Source of the DNA: Minisyncoccota bacterium
GTDB taxonomy: Bacteria > Patescibacteriota > Minisyncoccia > Phycocordibacterales > Phycocordibacteraceae
Reading direction: 5' to 3'
DNA: 64,000 bases
NCBI GenBank assembly: GCA_035627595.1
Contig: DASPLK010000001.1
Span: forward strand, 5,619-69,618
Under the pieces are notes generated by a model. That model was not told the origin of the DNA. It did not search any database and saw nothing but the letters and a program-made list of their open reading frames with translations. Position 1 is the first letter of the stretch, and every line of letters starts with the position of its first letter. Of the stretch, positions 29,235-38,162 are shown piece after piece. The position numbers were made by a program, and so were the translations under genes.

Positions 29235-29921
29235 CTACGCAGCAAGCTTCCTGACGAGCTCGTACACCTCCTCGTGTATATCTTCCGGCGCGCGCATGGA
29301 ATCCCCCTCCATGCATTCGATGAGGTGCCAGTGCTCCTCGCTTGCGGCAAGCGCGCGGGCGGATGCGTGGCTACGCTCGAGGTACCGCCTATCCTCTTCG
29401 ACTGTATCTCGATCGCCCGTAAGCGTGTGGTTCTTGACCGAACGCTTCTCCTGCAAAAGCCTAAGCGATATCTCGACCGGCACATCAAGATAGATGACTG
29501 CATCCGGTACCGGCACCCCGAGGACGCCGTGCTCCATCTCCTTAAGCCAAGACAGGAAGAGTATGCGGTCCTCCTCATCCTCTATCTTCCCTGCCTGATG
29601 GATCATGTTGGCGCTCGTGAAGCGGTCGGAGATAACGATCTTCCCTTCCAATAGCCACTGCCGTATCTGCGGCGACGCCTCCTGGCGGTCGAGTGCATAC
29701 GGGAGCGACGCAAGCTTTGGGTCGAGGTTCACGAAGTCGCCGTGTTCTCCGGCAAGGCACTCGGCAAGAAGTTTTCCGAAAAATTGGTCCTGGTATCGCG
29801 GGAAGTCTATCTTCTCGGATGCGATGCCTTCATTGCCAAGACGTTCTGCCAGCATCTTTGCCTGGGTTGCCTTCCCGGACCCGTCGTTCCCGTCGAGCAC
29901 GATGAATCGTCCGTTATGCAT
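29235..29921 (-). CDS. tmk: Thymidylate kinase; the ORF track extends to 29969
   Basis: P-loop FIVLDGNDGSGKATQ, DRQEASP and a lid region. Confidence 0.85.
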   Translation of the reverse strand: MHNGRFIVLDGNDGSGKATQAKMLAERLGNEGIASEKIDFPRYQDQFFGKLLAECLAGEHGDFVNLDPKLASLPYALDRQEASPQIRQWLLEGKIVISDRFTSANMIHQAGKIEDEEDRILFLSWLKEMEHGVLGVPVPDAVIYLDVPVEISLRLLQEKRSVKNHTLTGDRDTVEEDRRYLERSHASARALAASEEHWHLIECMEGDSMRAPEDIHEEVYELVRKLAA

Positions 29922-30399
29922 ATGTGCCGAGGATATTATCCGGATGCGACTTATTAAAGAGGCGCTCACTTCCCTCCATGAGATATACGCGCGCTATACC
30001 AGCATCTAATATTGCGCTCCAACAGGGTTCGCACGCCCACCAGTGTCCCCAGAGGTATAAATCAGCACCATCAACTGAATCCAACTTAGAAAGTGCGGCT
30101 CTGATAGCGCGCACTTCGCTATGGTTCTTAGGATGGCAGCCTTCGCAGAGCTCATACCCTTCCCCTGTCGGAACATTGCGCTTCACGCGCTCGCACTCCT
30201 GCTTCTTATGAAAATCGCTTCCATTTGCCCCCTCTCCGACAACAACACCATCAACGACAACTACCGATCCCGTCTTCACCGCATCATCCATAGAGTGTGC
30301 GAGCGCATAGTTTCGAGCCGCTGCCATGAATGGGTTCCCTTCCTCTACATAGAGGAAGCTGCGCCCTTCCGGCAGATAGGGGTATGAGATGGGTCCCAT
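29914..30399 (-). CDS. dCMP deaminase (ComEB/cytidine-deoxycytidylate deaminase family)
   Basis: Zinc motifs HSEVRAIRAA and ACEPCWSAI (the H-A-E ... PC..C deaminase signature). Confidence 0.8.
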   Translation of the reverse strand: MGPISYPYLPEGRSFLYVEEGNPFMAAARNYALAHSMDDAVKTGSVVVVDGVVVGEGANGSDFHKKQECERVKRNVPTGEGYELCEGCHPKNHSEVRAIRAALSKLDSVDGADLYLWGHWWACEPCWSAILDAGIARVYLMEGSERLFNKSHPDNILGTYA

Positions 30400-30459
30400 T
30401 GCTCACTAGTGTAGCGCATCTGAAGGTGTGTATAAGACCCCTTTTACCAGGCGCGTATA

Positions 30460-31305
30460 ATGGCTCTCATGGCCCGCTTCGACACCCTCTATCAGGAAAT
30501 GCTTCAGAAGATCCTTACCGAAGGCACCAGGGAGCTTTCAGAGCGCACTGGGCACGAGACTACCGCCATCCCCGGCCTCCACTTCTCCATTGATATTGAA
30601 AAGGAAGGCTTCCCGCTCCTTACCCTCCGAAAGATACCGATTCCAATGTTCGTCGCCGAGCAGATCTGGTTCATCGCAGGCCTTCGGAAGCCCGCGGATT
30701 TCTTGCGCGACTACACCAAAATCTGGGACGGGTTCACAAACCCTAACGACGTCGTCACGGTCGCGTATGGATACCGCTGGAGACGGCACTTCGGCCGTGA
30801 TCAGCTAAAACTCCTCATTGAGCTTTTGAAGAAGGAGCCGTCCTCCCGACACGGGGTCATCGTTACCTGGGATCCGGCAAGCGACGGTCTTTCACTCTTC
30901 AAGAAGAAGAACGTTCCCTGCCCCTACTCTTTCACTGTGAACATCATCGGCGGCCGGCTACACCTACACAACATCGTGCGTTCGAATGACATGTACCTCG
31001 GCTTCCCTGCAGATGTTGCCGGGTTCGCTCTCCTGCAGTGCATCCTCGCGCAGAAGCTCGGCGTCACGCCTGGTGTGTACTCGCATTCAATCTCCAACGC
31101 GCACCTATATGACAATCAGTATGACGCAGTAAAAGAACTGATCTCTCGCAAGGACGAGCACCCGGCGATACATCTCACGCTTCCTAAAAATGCGTACGAC
31201 CGTGCGGAGAAGAAGGATCGCACCTTGGTTGAAGAGATGGTTGCCGACATAACGAGCAAGTATTCCCCGCAGCCTGCAATTTCTGGCGTAAAGGTTATTC
31301 TGTAG
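30460..31305 (+). CDS. thyA: Thymidylate synthase ThyA; a TATAAT overlaps the first ATG, so the real start may be the ATG at 30469 (leaderless)
   Basis: FPLLTLRKIPIPMFVAEQIWFIAG, the catalytic Cys region PCPYSF and a DMYLGFP-type motif. Confidence 0.95.
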   Translation: MALMARFDTLYQEMLQKILTEGTRELSERTGHETTAIPGLHFSIDIEKEGFPLLTLRKIPIPMFVAEQIWFIAGLRKPADFLRDYTKIWDGFTNPNDVVTVAYGYRWRRHFGRDQLKLLIELLKKEPSSRHGVIVTWDPASDGLSLFKKKNVPCPYSFTVNIIGGRLHLHNIVRSNDMYLGFPADVAGFALLQCILAQKLGVTPGVYSHSISNAHLYDNQYDAVKELISRKDEHPAIHLTLPKNAYDRAEKKDRTLVEEMVADITSKYSPQPAISGVKVIL

Positions 31306-31307
31306 CT

Positions 31308-31940
31308 ATGGCAATCCTCACGAAGACCGACATCTTGGAACGCGTCGCATCCGGCGAACTAGCGTTCACGCCGAATCTAGACGCGTTCCAGCTCCAGAGC
31401 CACGCGGTGGACTTGCGGCTTGGATTTACCTTTCTCATGCCCAAAGCGTGGCGCTTGACCGACAACGGCCGCGAGGCGGTTGATATCGATCCACTGAAGG
31501 ATCACGGCCCAGAATACTTCGATATCATCGAACTTGAGCAGGGCCAGTATTTTGAACTCCTTCCAGGAGAATATGTGCTCGTTTCTTCACTTGAGTCCCT
31601 GAAAGTGCCAAATGACATCATGGCAGTGCTCTATCCCCGCTCCTCGATTAACCGCAAAGGTCTCTCGGTCGACCTCACGGGCATTATTGATTCAGGATAC
31701 GAAGGTCCCTTGACCCTCCCCGTCAGGAATAACACTCGCTCCACCGTCCGCATCCACCCGGGCGAGCGCTTCTGCCAGGTCGTGTTCGAAGAACTCACCG
31801 CTCCCATCGAAGATCCGCGCAAGAGTCGCTGGCATCAGAAAGATGTCGTCGAGAAGGGCCCGAAGGAGAAGTCGGTAGAAATGAAACTCGTCTTTGAGGG
31901 CGACATCCGCAAACTGAAGCAGGACCATCCTGCTTCCTGA
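31308..31940 (+). CDS. dcd: dCTP deaminase
   Basis: MAILTKTDILERVASGELAFTPNLDAFQLQSHAVDLRLG N-terminus typical of Dcd. dUTPase-like fold motifs. Confidence 0.8.
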   Translation: MAILTKTDILERVASGELAFTPNLDAFQLQSHAVDLRLGFTFLMPKAWRLTDNGREAVDIDPLKDHGPEYFDIIELEQGQYFELLPGEYVLVSSLESLKVPNDIMAVLYPRSSINRKGLSVDLTGIIDSGYEGPLTLPVRNNTRSTVRIHPGERFCQVVFEELTAPIEDPRKSRWHQKDVVEKGPKEKSVEMKLVFEGDIRKLKQDHPAS

Positions 31941-31945
31941 CACCC

Positions 31946-32386
31946 ATGGAGGAGCTTCAGAAACTCCTCGCCCCCTACCGTGCATTCATAACGTACACGC
32001 CGCTGCGCACCGAGGTTTATGCGCATGCGCTTTTTGATACGGATGGTGCGGTTATGTACCTTATAGAGCCGCGCGCTTCTCTTGATCCTAAGGAAGAGGC
32101 GCTTGCGGCTATGAAGACTGCGGGAGATCTACCCACTGCGATACTCGTGCCGGGACGCAGATTCGATGCTTCCGGCACGCGGCACGGCCAGGGCGGCGGC
32201 TGGTACGACCGGTTCCTTGCTCGGGTGCCGAGCGAGTGGCTGCGGGTAGGATTCTGCTTTGACGATCAGTTCTCCCTAGTCCCGCTTGTACGGAACGCGT
32301 GGGACCAGCCTGTGGACTACATATGCGTCATAGATCGGAAATCAGGAGGTATGAAGATATACGCCTCTGGTAGACTGGTCGCATGA
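31946..32386 (+). CDS. 5-formyltetrahydrofolate cyclo-ligase family protein (short)
   Basis: VPGRRFDASGTRHGQGGGWYDRFL matches the MTHFS G-x-G-x-G-YYDR motif. Confidence 0.6.
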   Translation: MEELQKLLAPYRAFITYTPLRTEVYAHALFDTDGAVMYLIEPRASLDPKEEALAAMKTAGDLPTAILVPGRRFDASGTRHGQGGGWYDRFLARVPSEWLRVGFCFDDQFSLVPLVRNAWDQPVDYICVIDRKSGGMKIYASGRLVA

Positions 32387-32904
32387 AGCCTCGCGTCTCA
32401 GCTATCGTCGCCATCGGCGACGATCTCGTAATCGGAAAAGGCAACGGGTTGCTCTGGCATATTCCAGACGACCTAAAGCGCTTCAAAGAGCTCACGCTCG
32501 GGCATCCGGTCGTGATGGGGCGCAAAACTTTTGATTCCATCCTCGCCATCCTCGGCAAGCCGTTGCCGGGGCGTACCAGTATCGTTATTACGCGCGACGC
32601 TGAGTGGTCGCATGACGGCGCGATCGTAGCCCATTCCCTACAGGAAGCACTCAAGAAAGCTAGCGCGCTTGATCAAGAGGAAGTGTTTGTGATTGGTGGC
32701 GGACAAATATATAAAGAAGCATTCGATCAGCTCGACCGCATCTATCTCACTCGCATCTTCGATGCTAAGGAAGGCGACACTTTCTTCCCTCCCTACGAGC
32801 ACGTATTCACTGAAAAGCTGTTTGAGGAGCAGCGCACGTGGAATGACATCACGTACTGCTGGATTGATCTCGACCGCCCTGCTGCCACGGAAGATCCTTC
32901 ATAA
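32383..32904 (+). CDS. folA: Dihydrofolate reductase
   Basis: SAIVAIGDDLVIGKGNGLLWHIPDDLKRFKELTLGHPVVMGRKTFDSI. Confidence 0.9.
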   Translation: MKPRVSAIVAIGDDLVIGKGNGLLWHIPDDLKRFKELTLGHPVVMGRKTFDSILAILGKPLPGRTSIVITRDAEWSHDGAIVAHSLQEALKKASALDQEEVFVIGGGQIYKEAFDQLDRIYLTRIFDAKEGDTFFPPYEHVFTEKLFEEQRTWNDITYCWIDLDRPAATEDPS

Positions 32905-33604
32905 AAGGCGCGAATATATCTTCCTCTACGGGGAATGTGAATGAGTTCCCTTCCGACCTCTTTCCGATCTGTGTAGTAGATACGTATGGCGCATTCTTGA
33001 TACGCACAAGCGGCGTGCCTTCATTCGCCTCACCCATGACTAACACCGCTGCGGCAGCTAATGAGTCTGGCAGGTTCGTCTGACTGCCGGAAGTCGCGGC
33101 GCCAGTTAGATCATGTCGCATACGGTTGTCATAGATAGGTTCGAACCCCGCCCAAGCGACCGCCATGCCAACAACACCGCGTCTAAGAAACACACTGCGG
33201 GAGTCTGTAAGGACGAGATAGAGGTGCTCTTTTTGGTACGTCTCCTTAAACCAGGTAAGGAGTCTGTCGGCGCTCCTTTGCGGATCCTCGGGCCAGAGCA
33301 CGTAGTAATCACCAAACGGGTCGATACCCGCGTTTGGTATGAGCGTGCCGTTTGTAATGGTATGCATTACAAACCCACCGGGAGTGTGTTCGCGAGCAAG
33401 ATAGGCACCCGCCTCCGCGGCGACAAGCGCATCAACATCAGTACCCTCTTTTAAGACACATCTCCCCTCGCCTATAGCGACTACCTTTGAGGAGATAACA
33501 ATGACGTCATGCTCTTCGAGAGTAAGCGAGGAAGCTTTGATCTTCGCGTATAGGTCGTCCTTTGGTGGGACGAGCGTATCAATATGTATGGGGGTAATTT
33601 CCAT
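32849..33604 (-). CDS. CofE-family (F420-0:gamma-glutamyl ligase-like) protein
   Basis: Block-by-block match to CofE: VIVISSKVVAIGEGR, NAGID, LVLTDSRSVFLRRGVVGMAVAWAG and DLTGAATSG...LVMGEANEGTP. It converges on folA with a 56-nt overlap. Confidence 0.65.
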   Translation of the reverse strand: MEITPIHIDTLVPPKDDLYAKIKASSLTLEEHDVIVISSKVVAIGEGRCVLKEGTDVDALVAAEAGAYLAREHTPGGFVMHTITNGTLIPNAGIDPFGDYYVLWPEDPQRSADRLLTWFKETYQKEHLYLVLTDSRSVFLRRGVVGMAVAWAGFEPIYDNRMRHDLTGAATSGSQTNLPDSLAAAAVLVMGEANEGTPLVRIKNAPYVSTTQIGKRSEGNSFTFPVEEDIFAPFMKDLPWQQGGRDQSSST

Positions 33605-33677
33605 CTGCGTATTCTACCTAAAATGCAAAACCCCCGCCGTTTCCGGCAGGGGTTCGCAACGATACTGGTGAAGTGGA

Positions 33678-34322
33678 TCAGGCAGCGATCGCAGCGGCCG
33701 CGAGGTGTCCCATGATGACGGGACGCGCCTGAGGCCAGCCGCGGACGATCTCGATCTTGCGCGCCGGAGCGGGCTTGATTACGTCGCAGCCGATGCCGCC
33801 AGGTTCCGGAAGCAGGAACACGAGCAGAACACCCTTGCGGCCGCGCAGCTGGTACAGATGCGAGACCTTGGTGTCGACGACTACGTCGCATTCTTCGAGA
33901 TGGCTCAGGACCGTCCTGCCGCTGTTGCGGACGAACTCCAGCCTGATGTCCTTCGGGAAGTTGTTCTGCCGCCACCAGGAAAGCACGTACGGCTCCGAAG
34001 TGGCCCGGAAATTTACCACCGGGACGACGTCGTGTCCGTTCGCCTTCAGCATCTGGACCATGTTCACGGCGCCCGGAACGGGCTGTCGTGCGTACTGGAA
34101 CAGCTTGCCGTTCTCGAAAAGCTCGCACTTCGACTCCTCGTAGAGCTCGGCGGTATACTCCCTTCCTCGCCCCCCGTTGGCGCCCGGATACGTGTGTCCG
34201 ATGGACGCCTTCCCCCCGAATTGCCCCGGGGGGATCAGCATGCCGCCGCGCTCGCACGCATATGCATGGAGTGCACGGTCGACCTGGATAAGGCCGGTGA
34301 CGCTGATCCCGATTTTCGCCAT
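33678..34322 (-). CDS. Hypothetical protein in a GC-rich island; weak similarity to 5'(3')-deoxyribonucleotidase (NT5C/HAD-like) with the DxD motif replaced
   Basis: The region is ~63-65% GC and open in three frames. This frame has the most protein-like composition. The C-terminal half is loosely collinear with NT5C (PVPGAV...VVPV...W...P...V). Confidence 0.3.
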   Translation of the reverse strand: MAKIGISVTGLIQVDRALHAYACERGGMLIPPGQFGGKASIGHTYPGANGGRGREYTAELYEESKCELFENGKLFQYARQPVPGAVNMVQMLKANGHDVVPVVNFRATSEPYVLSWWRQNNFPKDIRLEFVRNSGRTVLSHLEECDVVVDTKVSHLYQLRGRKGVLLVFLLPEPGGIGCDVIKPAPARKIEIVRGWPQARPVIMGHLAAAAIAA

Positions 34323-34457
34323 TTCTTTTCCTTCACACTATGTTGCAGAAAGGTACGTTATGGCGCATGAACGCCATAACGGTCGAGTCTATCCTATTGC
34401 TTCATAAACGCAACAAGCCGCACCAATTTGGTGCGGCTTGTTTAAGGGAGTGCGTCC

Positions 34458-34877
34458 TTACTTCACCTCGACGCCCATGGAGCGCGCGGTGCCCTCGACG
34501 ATGCGCTCTGCAGCCTCGATGGAACCTGCATTGAGATCCGGCATCTTGGTCTCAGCGATCTCACGAACCTGCTCGCGGGTGAGCGTACCTGCCTTCTTGA
34601 GTGGGGTCTTGCCTGAACCCTTCTCGGCGCCGACGGCCTTAAGGATAAGGCGGGACATCGGGGAAACCTTGAGGATGAAGGAGAACGTACGGTCATCGTA
34701 TACGGTGAGATCCACCGGAACGATCTGGCCCATACGATCCTTGGTAGCCTCGTTGAACTTGTTCACGAAGTCGCCGATGTTGACGCCTGCGGGACCAAGG
34801 ACGGTACCAACCGGCGGAGCAGGCGTAGCCTTTCCTGCCGGAATCTGGAGCTTGATAACTTTTACTGCTTTAGCCAT
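34458..34877 (-). CDS. rplK: 50S ribosomal protein L11
   Basis: [34 protein letters not shown]. Confidence 0.95.
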   Translation of the reverse strand: MAKAVKVIKLQIPAGKATPAPPVGTVLGPAGVNIGDFVNKFNEATKDRMGQIVPVDLTVYDDRTFSFILKVSPMSRLILKAVGAEKGSGKTPLKKAGTLTREQVREIAETKMPDLNAGSIEAAERIVEGTARSMGVEVK

Positions 34878-34901
34878 ACGAAATTGTTAGGTGACTGTAC
34901 C

Positions 34902-35474
34902 TTAGAGCTTCCTTACCTGCAAGAAGTCGAGCTCGACCGGGGTTTCGCGGCCGAACATGGCCACAAGGACCTTGACCTTGCCGCGCTCCTCGTCGATCTC
35001 CCCCACCTTGCCCTCAAGATCCTTGAACGGACCGTCAGCGATGACAACCGGATCGTCCTTCATAAGGTCGATACGGTGCTTTGGTGCTTCGGCGCCCATA
35101 CGCTTCATGAGGGTGTCCACCTCCTTCTGCTCCATGGGAACCGGGGTTGTGCCGGAGCCGACGAAGCCGGTGACGCGCGGCGTGTTGCGAACGACAAACC
35201 AAGAGTCCTCGTCGACAATCATGCGGACCAAGATGTAGCCCGGATAGATCTTCTCTTCCTCGACGATGCGCTTACCGCCCTTCACACGGATCTTCTTTTC
35301 GGTCGGAACGACCACTTCGAAGATCTTATTCTCCATGCCGAGCGACTCGATGCGCTGCTTCAAGTTCCTCTCGACCGCGTTCTCATACCCTGCGTAGGTA
35401 TGGATCGTATACCAGCGTGGTTCGCTGCTTATTGCGTCATCAGAGAATTCCGGTGCAGATCGCATCTTGTCCAT
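34902..35474 (-). CDS. nusG: Transcription antitermination factor NusG
   Basis: The WYTIHTYAGYENAVERNL NGN domain and a C-terminal KOW (GPFKDLEGKVGEID). Confidence 0.9.
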   Translation of the reverse strand: MDKMRSAPEFSDDAISSEPRWYTIHTYAGYENAVERNLKQRIESLGMENKIFEVVVPTEKKIRVKGGKRIVEEEKIYPGYILVRMIVDEDSWFVVRNTPRVTGFVGSGTTPVPMEQKEVDTLMKRMGAEAPKHRIDLMKDDPVVIADGPFKDLEGKVGEIDEERGKVKVLVAMFGRETPVELDFLQVRKL

Positions 35475-35485
35475 AGAATTGGATA

Positions 35486-35671
35486 CTAGCGGCTAATGAG
35501 GTACGCGATACCCTGTGTGAACACGTAATCGAGCGCGGCGATAAGCGCCACGCCGAATGCGCAGATCAGAAGGATAAGGATGACGTGGGTCGTCGCCTGC
35601 TTCTGGGTTGGCCAGACAACATGCTTCAACTCCGCGCGTACGTTCTTCAGGTAGGTGGTAAGTCCCTGCAT
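35486..35671 (-). CDS. secE: Preprotein translocase subunit SecE
   Basis: 61 aa with a single TM helix, located upstream of nusG-rplK in the conserved order. Confidence 0.8.
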   Translation of the reverse strand: MQGLTTYLKNVRAELKHVVWPTQKQATTHVILILLICAFGVALIAALDYVFTQGIAYLISR

Positions 35672-35750
35672 AGTGGTTCTAAATAAAAAAGCCCCGCGGG
35701 CCTTTATGTATTAAATGATACTACTCCCCTTCCATAGCGTCAATAAAGAG

Positions 35751-35778
35751 AAAAAGCCCGCAATTGCGGGCTTTTTCT
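35751..35778. terminator. Symmetric terminator (aaaaagcccgcaattgcgggcttttt) at the end of the 35794..36564 gene; a second weaker hairpin lies at 35685..35706
   Basis: Hairpin with A5 and T5 flanks. Confidence 0.55.
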
Positions 35779-35793
35779 CTTAAAGCAAGAGTG

Positions 35794-36564
35794 CTAACGG
35801 ATCTCGTACGTAATCGAGATGTTTGCCGTGTACTCATTCTGCCCCACAGGAAGGGTCGGTGCATTTGCTGCCTTCATGTCCATTTCCATGGATTCGCCAT
35901 AGCCGTAAGGTATCGGCTGCTGGCTATTGTCATAGAAGGAGACAACCTTACCGAGCCTGACGCCGAGCTGATCCGCGAGACGGTCAGCTTCAGCGCGAGC
36001 TTTCTCGATAGCCTCCTCACGCGCTTCACCGCGAACCTCATCCGGATTATCGAGCGTAAACTCCGGACCGTTGATGTTCTGCACGCCGATCTCACCAAGT
36101 TTTCCAAGGACTTCGCTCGCCATGTCGGTCGCGCGGATCTTCACCTCGACCGTTTGAGATACCTGGTATCCCGAGATGGTTGGTGCGCAGGTGCGACCCA
36201 TCGGGCAGGTACGCGGATAGTCGTACTGCGGGGAGACGTTGTAGGAAACGGTGCGGATATCATCCTCATCGATCTCAAGCTCCTCGAGTGCTGCGAGCGC
36301 AGCGTCATTCTTTGCAGTTGCTGCTTCCTGCGCGGCTTCAACATTCTGGTTAGTCTCTGTCACGGTGTAGGTCACGCGTGCGATGTCCGGCACAGCTGCT
36401 GCCCTGCCCTCACCCTGAACCGTGATGGTGTTCATCATCGGTGCGTTTGTACGGCCAAGCTCATCAAATATATCGATCGTCTTCACTAGGAGGAAGATTG
36501 AAAGAAGGACCAGCACGCCGATGAGTGCGTAGCGGGTCAGCTTGTTGTTCATGAGTTCCTGCAT
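35794..36564 (-). CDS. SIMPL/DUF541 family periplasmic protein (YggE-like)
   Basis: N-terminal TM anchor, then the ITVQGEG..A..PDIARV.Y.V start and the GY.V.QTVEV and ISITY blocks characteristic of DUF541. Confidence 0.65.
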   Translation of the reverse strand: MQELMNNKLTRYALIGVLVLLSIFLLVKTIDIFDELGRTNAPMMNTITVQGEGRAAAVPDIARVTYTVTETNQNVEAAQEAATAKNDAALAALEELEIDEDDIRTVSYNVSPQYDYPRTCPMGRTCAPTISGYQVSQTVEVKIRATDMASEVLGKLGEIGVQNINGPEFTLDNPDEVRGEAREEAIEKARAEADRLADQLGVRLGKVVSFYDNSQQPIPYGYGESMEMDMKAANAPTLPVGQNEYTANISITYEIR

Positions 36565-36572
36565 AAAATCCT

Positions 36573-37685
36573 TTATTTACTGATGTCCTTGGATGATAGC
36601 ACGCGAGCGCGAGGCACCAGGAGCCACACTGCGAGTACTGTTGCAATCGCACCCGAAAGCATGAGGCCGATAGATCCTGCGAGCGCGCGAATAATCTCAG
36701 CCGCGAACACCTCTCGATTCACGATAAAGGAGAACGGTGCGGTCGATTCAGAGAATAAGAGAAGGAGCGGCAGGGAAACTCCCGCGTATGCCAAGGGCAG
36801 TGTATTCACGACCGCGCCCATATGCTCCCTTCCCACCTTCATGGACTTCTTCCACACGCTGGCGCGAGAAAGCTCAGGGTTCGCGTCATGCAGCTCAGCG
36901 ACCGTGTGCACCTGCGATACGCTCACGTCGTTCAGGACGCCGATGATACCGACCAGGATGCCGCCAAGGAGAAGCCCGATGAGGTCGAAAGTGCCTGCGG
37001 TAGCGAAGTTGAGATATGCCGCCTCATCGGTCGCAAGTCCCGAGAGTTTCGCTGCCATGACCGATACCTGAGCAAGCACGGCTGCGACGACAAGCGCCGC
37101 GAAGCTGCCAAGGAGCGCAATCACGGTTGGGCGGTTCACGCCGTGCGTAACGAACATGCTGAGGGCAAGTATGACCACGCCGAATCCAACAGAGGTTATG
37201 ACCGGCGGAAATCCTGAAGACAGAGCCGGTACGAGACCAAATATGATGAGCGCAAAGCTAAGCGCGAGCGCGACAAGGGAGCGAACGCCTGCCATGCCTG
37301 CAACCAACACCGCCACTACCACAAAGAGCCCGAGGAGCGTCAGGAGCACGCCCGACCGGTCGGGATCCCATACCGACCATGTGTCCGGTCCGCCGAACAT
37401 GTCCGATACACGATGAAGATAGAAGCGGTCCCCTACCTCAAGCTGCGTTGGGGTCGCGTTCTCAAACGACACCTGCTCCCCTTCTCGCACGCCCTCGAGG
37501 ATACGCACGGTAATGAGTTGGTAGGTCTCAGTAATATCGGTACCCTCGACCACGCGCGAACCCGAAGACTCAACGGATTCAACGATTGCTTTGAAGGTCG
37601 TATCTGAAAATGACTCCTCCTGTGCTCCCGCACCAAACGGGACCAAAAGGAGCGTGAATACGGAGGCTAGGAGTGCGCGCTGCAT
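36573..37685 (-). CDS. YibE/F-like multi-TM membrane protein with an N-terminal extracytoplasmic domain
   Basis: Signal peptide and a ~110-aa soluble domain, then ~8 TM helices including the GVLNDVSVSQVH motif typical of YibE/F. Confidence 0.5.
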   Translation of the reverse strand: MQRALLASVFTLLLVPFGAGAQEESFSDTTFKAIVESVESSGSRVVEGTDITETYQLITVRILEGVREGEQVSFENATPTQLEVGDRFYLHRVSDMFGGPDTWSVWDPDRSGVLLTLLGLFVVVAVLVAGMAGVRSLVALALSFALIIFGLVPALSSGFPPVITSVGFGVVILALSMFVTHGVNRPTVIALLGSFAALVVAAVLAQVSVMAAKLSGLATDEAAYLNFATAGTFDLIGLLLGGILVGIIGVLNDVSVSQVHTVAELHDANPELSRASVWKKSMKVGREHMGAVVNTLPLAYAGVSLPLLLLFSESTAPFSFIVNREVFAAEIIRALAGSIGLMLSGAIATVLAVWLLVPRARVLSSKDISK

Positions 37686-38089
37686 ACCTTACAGATGCCG
37701 AAGAACTCGAGCGCATCATCCTCTATGGAGGCGAAGCGCTTTGACTTTGCGAGGAGCTTCTCGCTGACTGAGTTTGGGAGACATACATCCACATCCTCTA
37801 TCGCACCGCATGAGCGACAGATGAGGTGATGATGGTGTGTACCGGGCGCCTCATAGAGCGAGCTGCCGCGGAGCTGTACCCTCCGCACAATGCGGGCTCG
37901 TTCGAACTCCTGAAGTCCGCGGTACACGGTCGCCTGATCAAGCACGCCACGAAGCGCGCGTACAATCGCTTCGGCGTTCTGGGGTGCACGCTGCGAGCGC
38001 AACCGCGCAAGAAGCGCGATACGCTGCGGGGTCGCGCGGATGCCTTTCGTACGCAAGTGCGCGGCAGCTGCTTCTTCCCTTTTATTCAT
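37667..38089 (-). CDS. zur: Fur-family regulator, probably the zinc uptake regulator Zur; the ORF track extends to 38224
   Basis: RATPQRIALLARL wHTH and an HHHHLICRSCG...C..C metal site. Divergent to a ZIP zinc transporter. Confidence 0.7.
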   Translation of the reverse strand: MNKREEAAAAHLRTKGIRATPQRIALLARLRSQRAPQNAEAIVRALRGVLDQATVYRGLQEFERARIVRRVQLRGSSLYEAPGTHHHHLICRSCGAIEDVDVCLPNSVSEKLLAKSKRFASIEDDALEFFGICKVCSAHS

Positions 38090-38115
38090 GCCGCTAGCAT
38101 ACCATTCTTTTCCAC

Positions 38116-38145
38116 ATGCGAATGACTTGCAACTAGAATTGGCAT
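38116..38145. promoter_or_regulatory. Imperfect 30-nt palindrome (ATGCGAAT-N14-ATTGGCAT) overlapping a TAGAAT -10 at 38133-38138; candidate Zur operator and ZIP promoter
   Basis: Located in the zur/ZIP divergent intergenic region. The outer 8-mers are reverse complements with one mismatch. Confidence 0.25.
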
Positions 38146-38162
38146 ACGATATCCTCTCTCCT

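Noticed and set aside
33481-34257. 258-aa Arg-rich minus-strand ORF and 221-aa plus-strand ORF in the GC-rich island
   Set aside because: These are typical alternative-frame artefacts of high-GC DNA, with an extreme Arg/Ala/Gly composition. Only one of the three overlapping frames can be real, so these two were set aside.
38040-38162. N-terminal 41 codons of the ZIP ORF-track entry
   Set aside because: They would overlap the divergent zur start and lie upstream of the candidate promoter and operator. The TM domain begins at the ATG at 38163.
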